Source of the DNA: Squalus acanthias
Taxonomy: Eukaryota
Length of the DNA: 64,000 nt
Direction: 5' to 3'
Assembly (NCBI GenBank): GCA_030390025.1
Contig: CM059432.1
Coordinates: 27,964,001 to 28,028,000, forward strand
Shown in pieces: positions 11,981-24,180 of this stretch; the first letter of the stretch is position 1, and the number at the start of each line of letters is the position of its first letter. The position numbers and the translations under genes were made by a program. Below the pieces are notes generated by a model that made no database searches, was not told the origin of the DNA, and was given only the letters and a program-made list of their open reading frames with translations.

Positions 11981-12520
11981 TGAGGGGTTATTGAAATGCT
12001 AGTTAGAGAGTGAAAATTACCCCAAAGTCACCAGTAGTTCAATAACCCTTCTTTCCGAATCAAACACCAGGATACAGGAATTTCAGGCTTGCAGATTAGA
12101 AAACCCTCCCATTTATAAAGAACTGACCCCATTGAATTAATCTTGTTGATCGGGGAATTTAATGATTGATAAATGGCCTATCAGCGCTTTGACCTCAGTT
12201 TGACCCATTGCTACATGTTATTTTGGCTCCTAATGTGTGTCTGATTGTTCTGATTTAAACCTTTCCTCTCGCCCAAGTTGTTGCTCAATTTTAATACAAA
12301 ATTCCCCCTCTCCCTCCCCCAGAACGATCTGGAAACAATAAATATAACTATCACTCAAAGCTCAAACAATGGACTCCAATCTCATGGGAGGTTTCCCACT
12401 TCTAGCTCACTGTGCCAAATCCCAGCTTCAGCAATATTTTGCTTCCTTTACTGGACCTTTCATTGTATCTCCTGCTTCGTGTCTGGCTTGCTTTAAAACA
12501 AAGAGTTCTTCTAACTCATA

Positions 12521-12675
12521 GGGCTAGAAATTCGGTGCATTTGTGCCTTTCGTTAGTGCTCCACCTCCCTCTTGGGGCGCTAAAACTGACGTTACCGATC
12601 GCCGGCGCTATTTTTCACTGGGCGCTAAATTTAGCGCCCAGGCGATGTAAATGGTCGCTAACAAATTTTTCCCCC
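12521..12675. mobile_element. 155-bp Harbinger-type MITE
   Basis: Ends GGGCTAGAAATT / AATTTTTCCCCC; repeated GGCGCTA motifs as in the 27116 and 44566 family. Confidence 0.75.
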
Positions 12676-12964
12676 TTAAAGTCTAAATAGGCCTTTTCTT
12701 TTATCACTTAAATTAAACCAGCAACAGAAGTCTCAGATTTTACTATCTATTTTAGTCTGCTTTCTTTCCTACTTTCTGCCTTAATTTACATTTTTTAAAA
12801 ACCAATGGGATCAATAATGTGATACTTGTAGCGTTGAAGGACATTGCACTGGCTCCCTGCATTATGGTAGGATGACCATACATCCCCGTTTTTTGGGGAC
12901 AGTCCCCGGATGAGGTACTGTGTTCCCAGGCAAGCAATGTCCCCGGAAGAGTCCCTGGTTCACG

Positions 12965-14325
12965 AAACTTCCAGTCACAAAAACAACCTGCGACCATCAC
13001 CCTCTGCCTCCTGCCACTAAGCCAATTTTGGATCCAATGTGCCAAATTGCCCTGTATCCCATGGGCTCTTACCTTCTTGACCAGTCTCCCATGTGGGACT
13101 TTGTCAAATGCCTTACTGAAGTCCATGTAGACTACATCAACTGCACTACCCTCATCCACACACCTAGCCACTTTGGTCCCTAATGGGCCCTACTCTTTCC
13201 CTGGTTATCCTCTTGCCCTTAATATACTTACAAAACACCTTGGGATTTTCCTTTATTTTGCCCGCCAGTGTTTTTTCATGCCCCCTCTTCGCTCTCCTAA
13301 TTTCTTTTCTAAGCACCCCCTGCACTTTCTATACTCCTCTAGGGCTTCCACTGATTTTAGTCCTTTGTATCTGCTAAAAGCCTCCCTTTTTTTCCTAATC
13401 CATTCTCGTATATCCCTTGACATCCAGGGTTCCCTGGGCTTGTTGGTCCCACCCTTGACCTTTACGGGAACATGTTGGCGTTATACTCTCTCTATTTCCT
13501 TTCTGAAAGACTCCCACTGCTCTGATGTGGATTTTCCTACAAGTAGCTGATCCCAGTCCATTTTGGCCAGACCCCTGCCTTATCATATTAAAATCGGCCT
13601 TCCCCCAATTTAGAACCTTTATTTCCGGTCCATCTTTGTCCTTTTCCATGACTACCTTAAATCTCACCGAATTATGGTCACTGTCACCAAAATGTTCTCC
13701 TACTGACACTTCTACCACTTGCCCGGCTACATTCCCTAGAATTAGGTCCAGTACCGCCCCTTCTCTTGTAGAACTTTCTACATGCTGGCTCAAAAAGCTC
13801 TCCTGGATGCACTTTAAGAATTCCGCACCCTCTAAGCCTTTCACACTCTGACTATCCCAGTTAATATTGGGGAAGTTGAAATCCCCTACTATTATTACCC
13901 TATCATTTCTACACTTCTCTGAGATTTGCCTACATATCTGTTCCTCTATCTCCCCCTGACTGTTTGGGGGCCTATCGTACACTCCCAGCAAAGTGCTTGC
14001 CCCCTTTTTGTTTTAAAGTTCTACCCATATGACCTCATTAGAGGAACCTGCTAAGATATCATCCCTCCTTACAGCAGTAATTGACTCCTTGATTAATATT
14101 GTGACACCCCCTCCTCTTTTACACCTCCCTCTGTCTCGCCTGAAGATTCTATACCCCGGAATATTGAGCTGCCAGTCCTGCCCCTCCCTCAACCATGTCT
14201 CTGTGATAGCAACAATATCATACTCCCATGTGTTCATCAACGCCTTCAATTCATCTGCCTTACTCGCAAGACTCCTTGCATTAAAATAAATGCCATCCAG
14301 TCTTGCCATACTCCCTTGTGCCGTT
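12965..14325 (-). mobile_element. CR1 LINE with APE endonuclease region joined to RT by an internal deletion
   Basis: YFNARSL..KADEL, DIVAITETWL, IVGDFNFPNINW, LDLILGN, SDHN. An abrupt junction near 13172 leads to VDVVYMDFSKAFDKVPH. Confidence 0.9.
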
Positions 14326-15005
14326 ATGAAACAAAATTTGACATCGAGCCACATAAGGAGATAGTAGGACAGATGAGGTAGGTTTCAAGGAGTGTCTTAA
14401 AGGAGGGGAGTGGTGTCGAGAGGCGGAGAGGTTTAGGGAGAGAATTCCAGAGCTTAGGACCTAGGCAGCTGAAAGCACGGCCGCCAATGGTGGAGCGATT
14501 AAAATCAGGGATACACAAGAGGCCAGAATTGGAGGAGCACAGAGATCTTGGAGGGTTATAGGGCTGGAGGAGATTAGGGAGGGGTGAGGCTATGCAGGGA
14601 TTTGAAAACAAGGATGAGAATTTCAAAATCGAGGCGTTGCTGGACCAGGAGCCACTGTCGGTCAGCAAGCACAGGGATGATGGGTGAATGGGACTTGGTG
14701 TGAGTTAGGACACGGGCAGCAGAGTTTTGGATGAGCTCAAGATTATGGAGGGTGCGAGGTGGGAGACCAGCCAGGAGAGCATTGGACTAGTCGAGTCCAA
14801 AGGTAACAAAGGCATGGATGAGGGTCTCAGCAGTAGTTGAGATGAAGCAAGGGCGGAGAAGGGCAATGTTATGGAGGTGGAAGTAGGCAGTCTTGGTGAT
14901 GAAGAGGATATGGGGTCAGAAGCTCAGCTTTGTGTCAAATAGGACGGCAAGGTTCATCCTCAGACAGAGGCCAGAGAGTGGGATGGAGCTTGTAGCTAGG
15001 GATTG
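14326..15005 (-). mobile_element. L2-clade LINE 3' fragment
   Basis: NLLQPYNPPRSLCSSNSGLL...IGGRAFSCLGPKLWNSLP. Confidence 0.88.
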
Positions 15006-15431
15006 GAGCATACGGTTGCTCCATAACCATTTGCAGCTGGCATTTCAGGGGAAGCCTTAAATAAAATTTCAACTTTCTTCCTGGCTGATCCTTTCCTTTA
15101 CAGGACCACCCTTTATTGTTCCACCTCCATTTTCATTGACTCCAAAGAACAAGCCTTCAAAGGGATTGATGTGCATCAACATGTTTTTAAGAAAAAAAAG
15201 CTGGGCCTAGAAATTCAATAAGGCAAAGAAATGGTCGTGGGCACTGTGATGCGAGCTGTTCAAAAAGCACAGGCAACACGTCAACTTCGTGCTGCCTGCT
15301 AATTATCATGATTGTAGCGCACAGCCTTGCGCTGAATGTATGGCTGACAGGCTGTGTGCTCAGCAGGGAACCCAAGTTTGCATTGTTTGAGTGAGGCTAG
15401 CTTTACTTAAAGCTAGCCTGCTCCTCTTAAA

Positions 15432-15638
15432 GGCAGTATGTACCTCTTAAAGGTGAGCTGCCTTCTGCACATGAAAAAATGTAAAAGTGATTCAGCACTA
15501 GGCAGTCTGCATCTCCGAAAGGTGAGCTGCCTTCTGCTGATGAAAAACTGTAAAAGTGCTTCAGCCCTAGGCAGTCTGCACTTCTTAAAGGCGAGCTGCC
15601 TTCTGCTGATCAAAAATGGTAAAAGTGCTTCAGCACTA
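15432..15638 (+). repeat. Three tandem 69-bp units in front of the Myb start codon
   Basis: GG(T/C)GAGCTGCCTTCTGC at 15452, 15521 and 15590; ATG at 15645. Confidence 0.92.
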
Positions 15639-15704
15639 ACATAAATGGCTTAACAGGCCAGAAAAAGGGCACTCAGGGTCTCAGATGCAGCACTCAAGCT
15701 TTAT

Positions 15705-17875
15705 AGAAACATAGAAACATAGAAAATAGGTACAGGAGTAGACCATTCGGTCCTTCGAGCCTGCACCGCCATTCAATGCGTTCATGGCTGAACATGCTAC
15801 CTCAGTACCCCATTCCTGCTTTCTCGCCATACCCCTTGATCCCCCTAGTTGTGAGTGTTATATCTAACTCCCTTTTGAATATATTTAGCGAACTGGCCTC
15901 AACAACCTTCTGTGGAAGAGAATTCCATAGATTCACCACTCTCTGGGTGAAGAAGTTCCTCCTCAGCTCAGTCCTAAATGGCTTCCCCTTAATCCTTAGA
16001 CTGTGACCCCTGGTTCTAGTTTTCCCTACCATTGGGAACATTCTGCCCGCATCTAATTTGTCTAAACCAGTCAGGATTTTAAATGTCTCTATAAGATCCC
16101 CCCTCATTCTTCTGAACTCCAGAGGATACAAGTTCAGTTGACCCAATCTTTCTTGATATGTCAGTCCGGCCATCCCAGGAATCAATCTAGTGAACCTTCG
16201 CTGCACTCCCTCAATAGCAAGAATGTCCTTCCTTAAGTTAGGAGACCAAAACTGCGCACAATACTCCAGGTGTGGCCTCACCAAGCCCCTGTACAACTGC
16301 AGCATCACCTCCCTACTCCTGTACTCAAATCCCCTTACTATGAAGGCCATCATTCCGTTTGCTTTCTTGACTGCCTGCTGCACTTGCATTCCCACCTTCA
16401 ATGACTGATGTACCATGATGCCCAGGTCTCGTTGCACCTCCCCTTTCCCTAATCTGCCACCATTCAGGTAATAGTCCGCCTCTCTATTTTTACCACCAAA
16501 GTGGATAACCTCACATTTATCCACATTGTACTTCATCTGCCATACATTTGCCCATTCACCCAACCTGTCCAAGTCACTCTGTAGCCTCCTAGCATCCTCC
16601 TCATTGTTCACACTGCCTCCCAATTTAGTGTCATCCGCAAATTTGGAGATATTACATTTAATCCCTTCGTCCAAATCATTAATATATAATGTAAACAGCT
16701 GGGGTCCCAGCACCGAACCCTGCGGTACCCCGCTGGTCACTGCCTGCCATTCTGAAAAGTACCCATTTACTCCTACTCTTTGTTTCCTGTGTGCCAACCA
16801 GTTCTCAATCCACGTCAACACATTACCCCCAATCCCATGTGCTTTAACTTTGCTCACCAATCTCTTGTGTGGAACCTTGTCGAAGGCCTTCTGAAAGTCC
16901 AAATACACCACATCTACTGGTTCCCCCCTGTCCACCCTATTGGAAACATCCTCAAAAAATTCCAGAAGATTTGTCAAGCATGATTTCCCTTTCACAAATC
17001 CATGCTGACTTGGACCTATCATGTCGCCACTTTCCAAATGGTCTGTTATGACATCTTTAATAATTGCTTCCATCATTTTACCCACAACCGATGTCAGGCT
17101 GACCGGTCTATAATTCCCTGCTTTCTCCCTCCCTCCTTTTTTAAAAAGAGGGGTTACATTGGCCACCCTCCACTCCATCGGAACTGATCCAGAGTCTAAG
17201 GAATGTTGGAAAATGATCGTCAATGCATCCACTATTTCCAAGGCCACCTCCTTAAGTACTCTGGGATGCAGACCATCAGGCCCCGGGGATTTTTCAGCCT
17301 TCAGTCCCATCAATTTTCCCAATACCTTTTCCCGACTAATAAGGATTTCCCTCAGCTCCTCCCTCTTACCAGATCCTCTGACCCCTTTTATTTCCGGCAG
17401 GTTGTGTGTGTCCTCCACAGTAAACACCGAACCAAAGTACTTGTTCAATTGATCTGCCATTTCCTTGTTCCCCATTACGACTTCCCCTGTTTCCGACTGC
17501 AGGGGACCTACGTTTGTTTTTACTAACCTCTTTCTTTTTACATATTTATAGAAGCTTTTGCTGTCCATTTTAATGTTCTCTGCAAGCTTCCTTTCATATT
17601 TTATTTTCCCTGCCCTAATCAAACCCTTCATCCTCCTCTGCTGAGTTTTGAAGTTCTCCCAGTCCCCGGGTTTGCTGCTACTTCTGGCCAATTTGTATGC
17701 AACTTCCTTGGTTTTAATACTATCCCTGATTTCCCTTGTTAGCCATGGTTGAGCCACCTTCCCTTTTTTATTTTTACGCCAGACCGGGATGTACAATTGT
17801 TGTAGTTCATCCATGTGATCTCTAAATGTCTGCCATTGCCCTTCCACTGATAACCCCTTAAATATCGCTTGCCAA
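15705..17875 (-). mobile_element. Young 5'-truncated CR1 (HER1-like) LINE
   Basis: Complete 3' UTR ending in (TTTCTATG)n on the minus strand; TTTAT on both sides (15700-15704, 17876-17880). Confidence 0.95.
15802..17875 (-). CDS. Uninterrupted CR1 ORF2 frame (linker, reverse transcriptase and C-terminus; no endonuclease, no native start)
   Basis: ORF track 697 aa with KSPGPDG, NYRPVSLTS, YLDFQKAFDKVPH, GVPQGSVLGP, FADD. The first few residues come from flanking DNA. Confidence 0.9.
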
Positions 17876-18830
17876 TTTATGCAGGGGGTCAACACTGGAG
17901 GAAAGGTCCTCTACCCACAGGAGACCAGGAGGCCCTCCAGAAAGAAGGATGTGAGACCAGATCGCCGAGGTGGTTACTGCCAGCATTTTTACCCCCAGGA
18001 CTTGGCTCCAGTGCCCAAAGAAGTTTCATGACCTCAGACCAGTGGTCAAGGTCAGTGAATGCATCTTCAAAAGCCGTCTCCTACCAACTGCACCACTAGC
18101 CTCACACACTGCTCAATATACATCTCACCCACCCAATCACTCACCTACCAACAATCTCTACCAAACATGAGGCACACCTCGCATTACTAGCTTCACCTCA
18201 CCTCCTTGGAGGAGACGGTGCTGGCCAATCTTGGCAGGGGCATGGCTGAGCCCTTGGCCAGCAGCAGGGTTGAAAGAATACAAGATGCTAGTATCCTCGT
18301 ACGTTATCCTCCTTCTCACATCCCACTTTCCCCTCATCCCATAATATCCTGATTTACAAGCTGCATATGCTGTAAACATGCACCTCTTGCTTTACCCTCC
18401 TCCCCTCATCACAACCCTACCCTTGTGCCTTCTCATTTTAGACACCCAAGAAATCCAGCCAGTGGTTAACCAAGAAGAGGGAGAGGAGGGTAAAGAAGAA
18501 GAAACACCGTCACTCAATTTCACACACCCAGCCACCAGCTCCTCGAGGTTGTCCTGCAAGGCCATATGCCATCTCCCCCACTGAAAGTCAAGCAGCCTTC
18601 CACCAGCCATGCTGCAGCCACTGGGGTAGCACTGCGTAAGAGCACTCGGATAGGCAAAGGCACACACAGGACAGTCACTAAGGGAACGTACAAGGGTGAT
18701 TAGTTGATTAGTTTGCATTTTGGTGGCTTTTATTTCAGCATTGTGGCCAAGAGGAAGTTGTGATGGTCAGTAACAGAGGGAAGGGAAGGTGTGGGACTAA
18801 TGCTGAAAGGGGAATTGGGGTTGTGTTCAC

Positions 18831-19050
18831 TGGTAGATGATTCGATCCTGGATATCCCGGCCAGAAAGGGGCTGTCTAGGTTGTCTCCTTCCTTCCGTTT
18901 CCCCCTATTCTGCTTCCTCCTCTTCTGCTTCTGCTTCTTCCTCTTCCTCTTCCTCCTCCCTCTGCGAGCAGCTTGGTCCCTTCGCTGCCTCTGCTCCATC
19001 TCCATGTCATGCTGCAGCCCAAGAGGGACTGCAACTAGAGCCCCCCCCCC
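18831..19050 (-). pseudogene. Harbinger transposase with N-terminus fused directly to the acidic C-terminal tail
   Basis: GALVAVPLGLQHDMEMEQRQRRDQAARRGRR runs into EEEEEEAEAEEEEAE*...GRDIQDRIIYQ*. The catalytic core is absent. Confidence 0.65.
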
Positions 19051-19575
19051 AGGACTGGGAGCAAGTGGTCTTCTCAGAGGCCTTCCTTTAAGACCCAAAA
19101 TCTTGCAAACATCCAGCAGCACTTCCTGCACACTTTATCAACTCTTTAAATGCATTACACCAAGCCACTACTCCAATAAAATGTAAAGAAACCACTACAA
19201 AAGCAAAAATCTAAACTTACCTGAAAGTTGTTTGTATCCTTTTAAGAAGCGCTGGCAGCGGGTCCGTCGTACTGCTGCACGAACGTTCTGCCGTGAGTGC
19301 TTTGGAGAGGGCGTAAATAAGAGCAGTGATGTCCAAAATACCAGATCGTGTGTCAATTCAGTGTTGCACGCCGATTGACGTCACGAGCTGGCTTATCTAA
19401 ATATGTGAAGCGAGCGCAGGCAACGGCAGTGCTGCCGACCTTCCCAAAATGGCGGCCGCCACATTCCATGCCGGAAGCGGGCGGAAGCGAGGCGGCTGCC
19501 ATTTTTCTTCCAAACTGGCCTTAATGGTCAGCGCAAATGGGTCCAATTTCCGGGCCCTGGTGTTTTAAGTGCAAG

Positions 19576-19790
19576 AAAGAAAGATTTGCATTTATACAGC
19601 ACCTTTTACGACCTCAGGATGTCCCAAAGCACTTTACAGCCAGTGAAGTATTTTTGAAGTGTAGTCACTGTTGTAATGTAGGAAACGCAGGAGCCAACTT
19701 GCACACAGCAAGGTCCCACAAACAGCAATGGGACAATCTGTTTGTTTTTAAGTGATGTTGGGTTGAGGAATAAATATTGGCCAGGTATCA
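19576..19790 (-). mobile_element. DeuSINE (SacSINE1-like) 3' fragment
   Basis: Matches the tail of the full copy at 60921-61393. Confidence 0.8.
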
Positions 19791-20877
19791 TGGTGGAATG
19801 GTTTAGCTGAGAGTTCAGGATGTAATTTTTGGCTCTGTTTGTTGGAATGCTTCCTCTCTCCTTGTTGGAAAGTTTCTCTCTTCTGATTGGCACATCTCCA
19901 TGTCAGCATTGCTGAGATCCAGTGATGGTAGTAACTAGTTGTTAGAGGAATCAAGCCTGTAAATACTGCCACTGTGCCCCGCAGTGTTTGTCACAGATAA
20001 ACCTTACTTGATCAAAAAGGACCAACTTCAACTAACAGAGTGAATATCCAATCCATGGAGCGAGCAGTCACTAAAACAGGTCAGACAAATGGACCAGAAG
20101 CTTATAAATTTCAGTTGAAGAGGCCTGATTTAAAAATGGAACCTCTCTTACCAAGAACGACAGTGAACGGATATCTAAATATATCTGAGAACGAGGAGCC
20201 ATGAATTAAGTTAATTAGCACTGTACTTATGAGGTTGGAGGGATGTGGCTGGGAATGAGGCATCTGAAGAATGACGAACATGTCCTAAAGTAACTTACTG
20301 TATGTTCTGGTCATGAGGTTGCCTCTCCTTGACAAAATAAATCTCTTAACCATACAATGGCCACTCACAAGACCATGGTGTTTGCTCCAGCACCTGACTG
20401 CTCCATCACACAGTTCTATCGTTTACAATAGTGCCCACCCAATAAGCTGTGAATGGGGGCGATTCAAGGCAAAATATTTACATATACACAAAAAAAACCA
20501 TTTATTTTCAGCTGATGAATGTACACAGTTCTCTAAAATTCTTTCTTTTTAAGGGAAGTGTGAGGTTCCACCGCAAGATGCAATGTTGGAGACGTGGCTA
20601 CAACATTGCAGCCCCAATTCTGCGTCCCGTGCTCGCAAATCCTAAGGCTCTTCGCTGGCACCGGAGCCTCACAATTTATGCCCCATAGCTTTTTAAATGA
20701 TTGAGGTGTTTATCAAGGGTACCAAAAGGTAAGTGTGAGTAAACAGGTGAGCAACACAAGGTAAAATATATTGAAGAAAAAGTTAATTTCTACTGCTACT
20801 CTGTGCCTTGTGCCCATTGCCAAAGGGTTGATAGGTAATTCATGAAAAAAACACACGTGAAAAATGCTTATTAAAGA

Positions 20878-21522
20878 AAGAAAAAACTTGCATTTATATG
20901 GCACCTTTCACGATCTCAGTACTTCCCAAAGCGCCGTACAACCAATGAATTAACGTTGAAGTGTAGTCACTGTTGTAATGCAGGAAATGCAATAGATAAT
21001 TTGCGCACAGCAAGGTCCCACAATGAAATAAATTACCAGATAATCTGTTTTAGGTGTTGGTTATGGGATAAATATTGGCCAAGACACCAGGAGAACTCCA
21101 CTGCTCCTCTTCAAATAGGGCCGTGGGATCTTTTACGTTCACCTGAGAGGGCAGACAGGACCTCGGTTTAATTATTTTTCATTCATGGGATGTGGGCCTC
21201 GCTGGCAAAGCCAGCATTTATTGTCCATCCCTAATTGCCCTTAAGAACGTGGTGGTGAGCCGCCTTCTTGAACCGCTGCAGTCCGTCTGGTGAAGGTACT
21301 CCCACAGAGCTGTTAGGGAGGGAATTCCAGGATCTTGACACAAGAAGATGAAGGAACAGCGATATATTTCCAAGTCAGGATGGCATGTAACTTGGAGGGG
21401 AACTTGGTGTTCCCATTCGAAATATCTCATCCGAAAGACGGCACCTCCAATAGTTCAGCGCTCCCTCATTACTGCACTGGACTGTCAACCTAGAGTATGT
21501 GCTTAAGTCTCTGGAGTGAGGC

Positions 21523-21553
<31 letters not shown>

Positions 21554-21580
21554 ATGCTCCCACTGAGCTAAGGCTGACAC
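20878..21580 (-). mobile_element. DeuSINE (SacSINE1-like) interrupted by a LINE 3' fragment (~21172-21415)
   Basis: Tail 20878-21170 and tRNA-like head ~21425-21580 are colinear with 60921-61393. Confidence 0.82.
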
Positions 21581-21889
21581 CTTAAATACTGCCATGGGTT
21601 GGAGGTCAATTGGGATATAAACATGTAGCTTTGCACAGGGGGCAATGCAAATGACTTCACTGGAAAGTCCAATCGAGCAGGGTATAAAATAGGCGGCCGA
21701 TCCGATCCCGTTAAGTTTCCCACCAGGCGGGGTAGGTTAACATTTACCCTCATTGAGTTCTAAGCTCCCATTCAGAACCTGGATTCACCATATAAAGACT
21801 TAGATGTACTATTAAAGATTATTGTTGAAAAATAATCAGTGGCAGGATTACGAGGGATACCGTCACATCATTATTAAACTGACTTTTTT

Positions 21890-23360
21890 ATTTATTCATT
21901 CACGGGATGTGGGCGTCGCTGGCAAGGCCAGCATTTATTGCCCACCCCGAATAGCCCTTGAGAAGGTGGTGGTGAGCCACCTTCTTGAACCGCTGCAGTC
22001 CGTGTGGTGAAGGTACTCCCACAGTGCTGTGAGGGAGGGAGTTCCAGGATTTTGACCCAGCGACGATGAAGGAACAGTGATACATTTCCAAGTCAGGATG
22101 GTGTGTGACTTGGAGGAGAACTTGGAGGTGATGGTGCTCCCATGAGCCTGCTGCCCTTGTCCTTCTAGGTGGTAGAGGTCATGGGAGATGCTTTTGAAGA
22201 AGCCTTGGCGAGTTGCTGCAATGCATCTTGTAGATGGTACACACTGCAGCCACGGTACGCCGGTGGTGGAGGGAGTGAATGTTTAAGGTGGTGGATGGGG
22301 TGCCGATCAAGCGGTCTGCTTTGTCTTGGATGGTGTCAAGTTTCTTGAGTGTTGTTGGAGCTGCACTCGTCCAGGCAAGTGGAGAGTATTCCATCACACT
22401 CCTGACTTGTGCCTTGTACGTGGTGGAAAGGCTTTGGGGAGTCAGGAGGTGAGTCACTCGCCACAGAATACCCAGCCTCTGACCTGCTCTTGTAGCCACA
22501 GTATTTATTTGGCTGGTCCAGTTAAATTTCTGGTCAATGGTGACCCCCAGGATGTTGATGGTGGGGGATTTGAAGATGGCTATGCCATTGATTGTCAAAG
22601 GAAGTTAGTTAGACTCTCTCTTGTTGGAGATGGTCATTGCCTGGCACTTGTGTGTTAAACGAATGTTCCTTGCCACTTATCAGCCCAAGCCTAGATGATG
22701 TCCAGGTCTTACTGCATGCAGGCATGGACTGCTTCATTATCTGACGAATTGAAAATGGAACTGAACACTCTGCAATCATCAGCGAGCATCCCCACTTCTG
22801 ACGGCGGGAAGGTCATTGATGAAGCAGCTGAAGATGGTTGGGCCTAGGACACTGCCCTGATGAACCCCTGTCCTGAGGCTCAGATGATTGGCCTCCAACA
22901 ACCACAACCATCTTCCTTTGTGCTAGGTATGATTCTAGTGAGTTTTCACCCTGATTCCCATTGACTTCAATTTTACTAGGGTTCCTTGGTGCCACATCCG
23001 GTCAAATGCTGCCTTGATGTCAAGGGCAGTCACTCTCACCTTACCTCTGGAATTCAGCTCTTTTGTCCATGTTTGGACCAAGGCTGTAATGAGGTATGAA
23101 GCCAAGTGGTCCTTGCAGAACTCAAACTGAGCATCGGTGAGCAGATTTTTGGTGAGCAAGTGCTGCTTGATAGCACTGCCGATGACACCTTCCATCACTT
23201 TGCTGATGATTGCGAGTAGGCTGATTGGGCGTTAATTGTCCGGATTAGATTTGTCCTGCTTTTTGTGGACAGGACATACCTGCGCAATTGTCCACTTTGT
23301 CGGGTAGATGCCAGTGTTGTAGCTGTACTGGAACAGCTTGGCTAGTTCTGGAGCCCAAGT
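21890..23360 (-). mobile_element. LINE (CR1/L2-group, second family), RT to 3' end, decayed
   Basis: ALDIKAAFDRMWH, INILGVTIDQK, YKAQVRSVMEYSPLAW, SFIVAGSKSWNSLP. Confidence 0.88.
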
Positions 23361-23934
23361 CTAGATTTTTGTGCTCAAATCTCTGGAGTGGGACTGAACA
23401 CGCAACCTTCTGACTCAGGGACGAGAGTGCTACCATCTGAGCCACAGCTGACACTCTTATCAATCCTAGATCAACCAAACTCACACTGGCAGTTCACACA
23501 CTCAAATAGCTTATAGCTGAAGACAATGAACATATTACAAGTCAGCCACACATTCATTCATTTTTGCATCAAAAAACCTAACATTTATAATTTCACAGAG
23601 GTTGTAGTGATAACTGACTTCACACATGGTCCAAGAAGATATTGGACCCATTTTTGAAAACTGATATGATCACAGCAGAAGGAGTCCAGCAAAAATGAGG
23701 TGAGTATGTATTGCCCTTGTAGCACAGCAACATAGTAAAAGATTCAGGCAGGAGAAGACCTTCGGTCCATCTAACCCACATATCCACTGTATTCCCTTAG
23801 TGCTTTTCTACTAACCCTAAATTTCATTTTTTGACCAGAACCTGTCTAGCTTCTTCTTATTTCTTGTTCCACCACCTGTTCTGATAATCTGTTCCACCTA
23901 CCTTGATTATTAATATTCCTTGTTTACCTTACCT

Positions 23935-24180
23935 AACAAAATTCTATCGACCTTAGTCTTGAAAACTTTAATTGACTCAACATCCACAGCCTTTTGTGGG
24001 AGAGAGTTCTAGATTTCCACTACCTTTGTGTGAAAAAATGCTTCCTGATTTCACTCTTAAATAGCCCAGCTCTAATTTTACGTTGTCTTGTTCTGGATTC
24101 CCCCACCAGGAGAAATAGTTTCTCCGTATCAACCCTATCAAATCCATTTAACATTTTAAACGCCTCAATTGGATCCAATT
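23935..24180 (-). mobile_element. CR1 3' fragment
   Basis: FKMLNGFDRVDTEKLFLLVGESRTR...EIRKHFFTQR. Confidence 0.8.

Larger units (their letters stand above)
15645..18700 (+). pseudogene. Harbinger Myb/SANT-like gene, split by a LINE insertion
   Basis: MA*QARKRALRVSDAAL before the LINE. After it: QGVNTGGKVLYPQETRRPS...IAEVVTASIFTPRTWLQCPKKFHDLRPVVK|gtcagt, then LTSLEETVLANLGRG and an acidic last exon. Confidence 0.8.
15204..19556. mobile_element. Internally deleted PIF/Harbinger element with both ends, interrupted by a CR1 LINE
   Basis: Imperfect TIRs GGCCTAGAAATT / AATTTCCGGGCC; TSD CTG (15201-15203, 19557-19559); Myb remnants on + and transposase remnants on -. Confidence 0.88.

Noticed and set aside
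12868..12965. TAGGATGACCATACATCCCC, resembling a hAT-Blackjack-type terminus
   Set aside because: Only one end is visible and no TSD can be found, so it is too weak to annotate.
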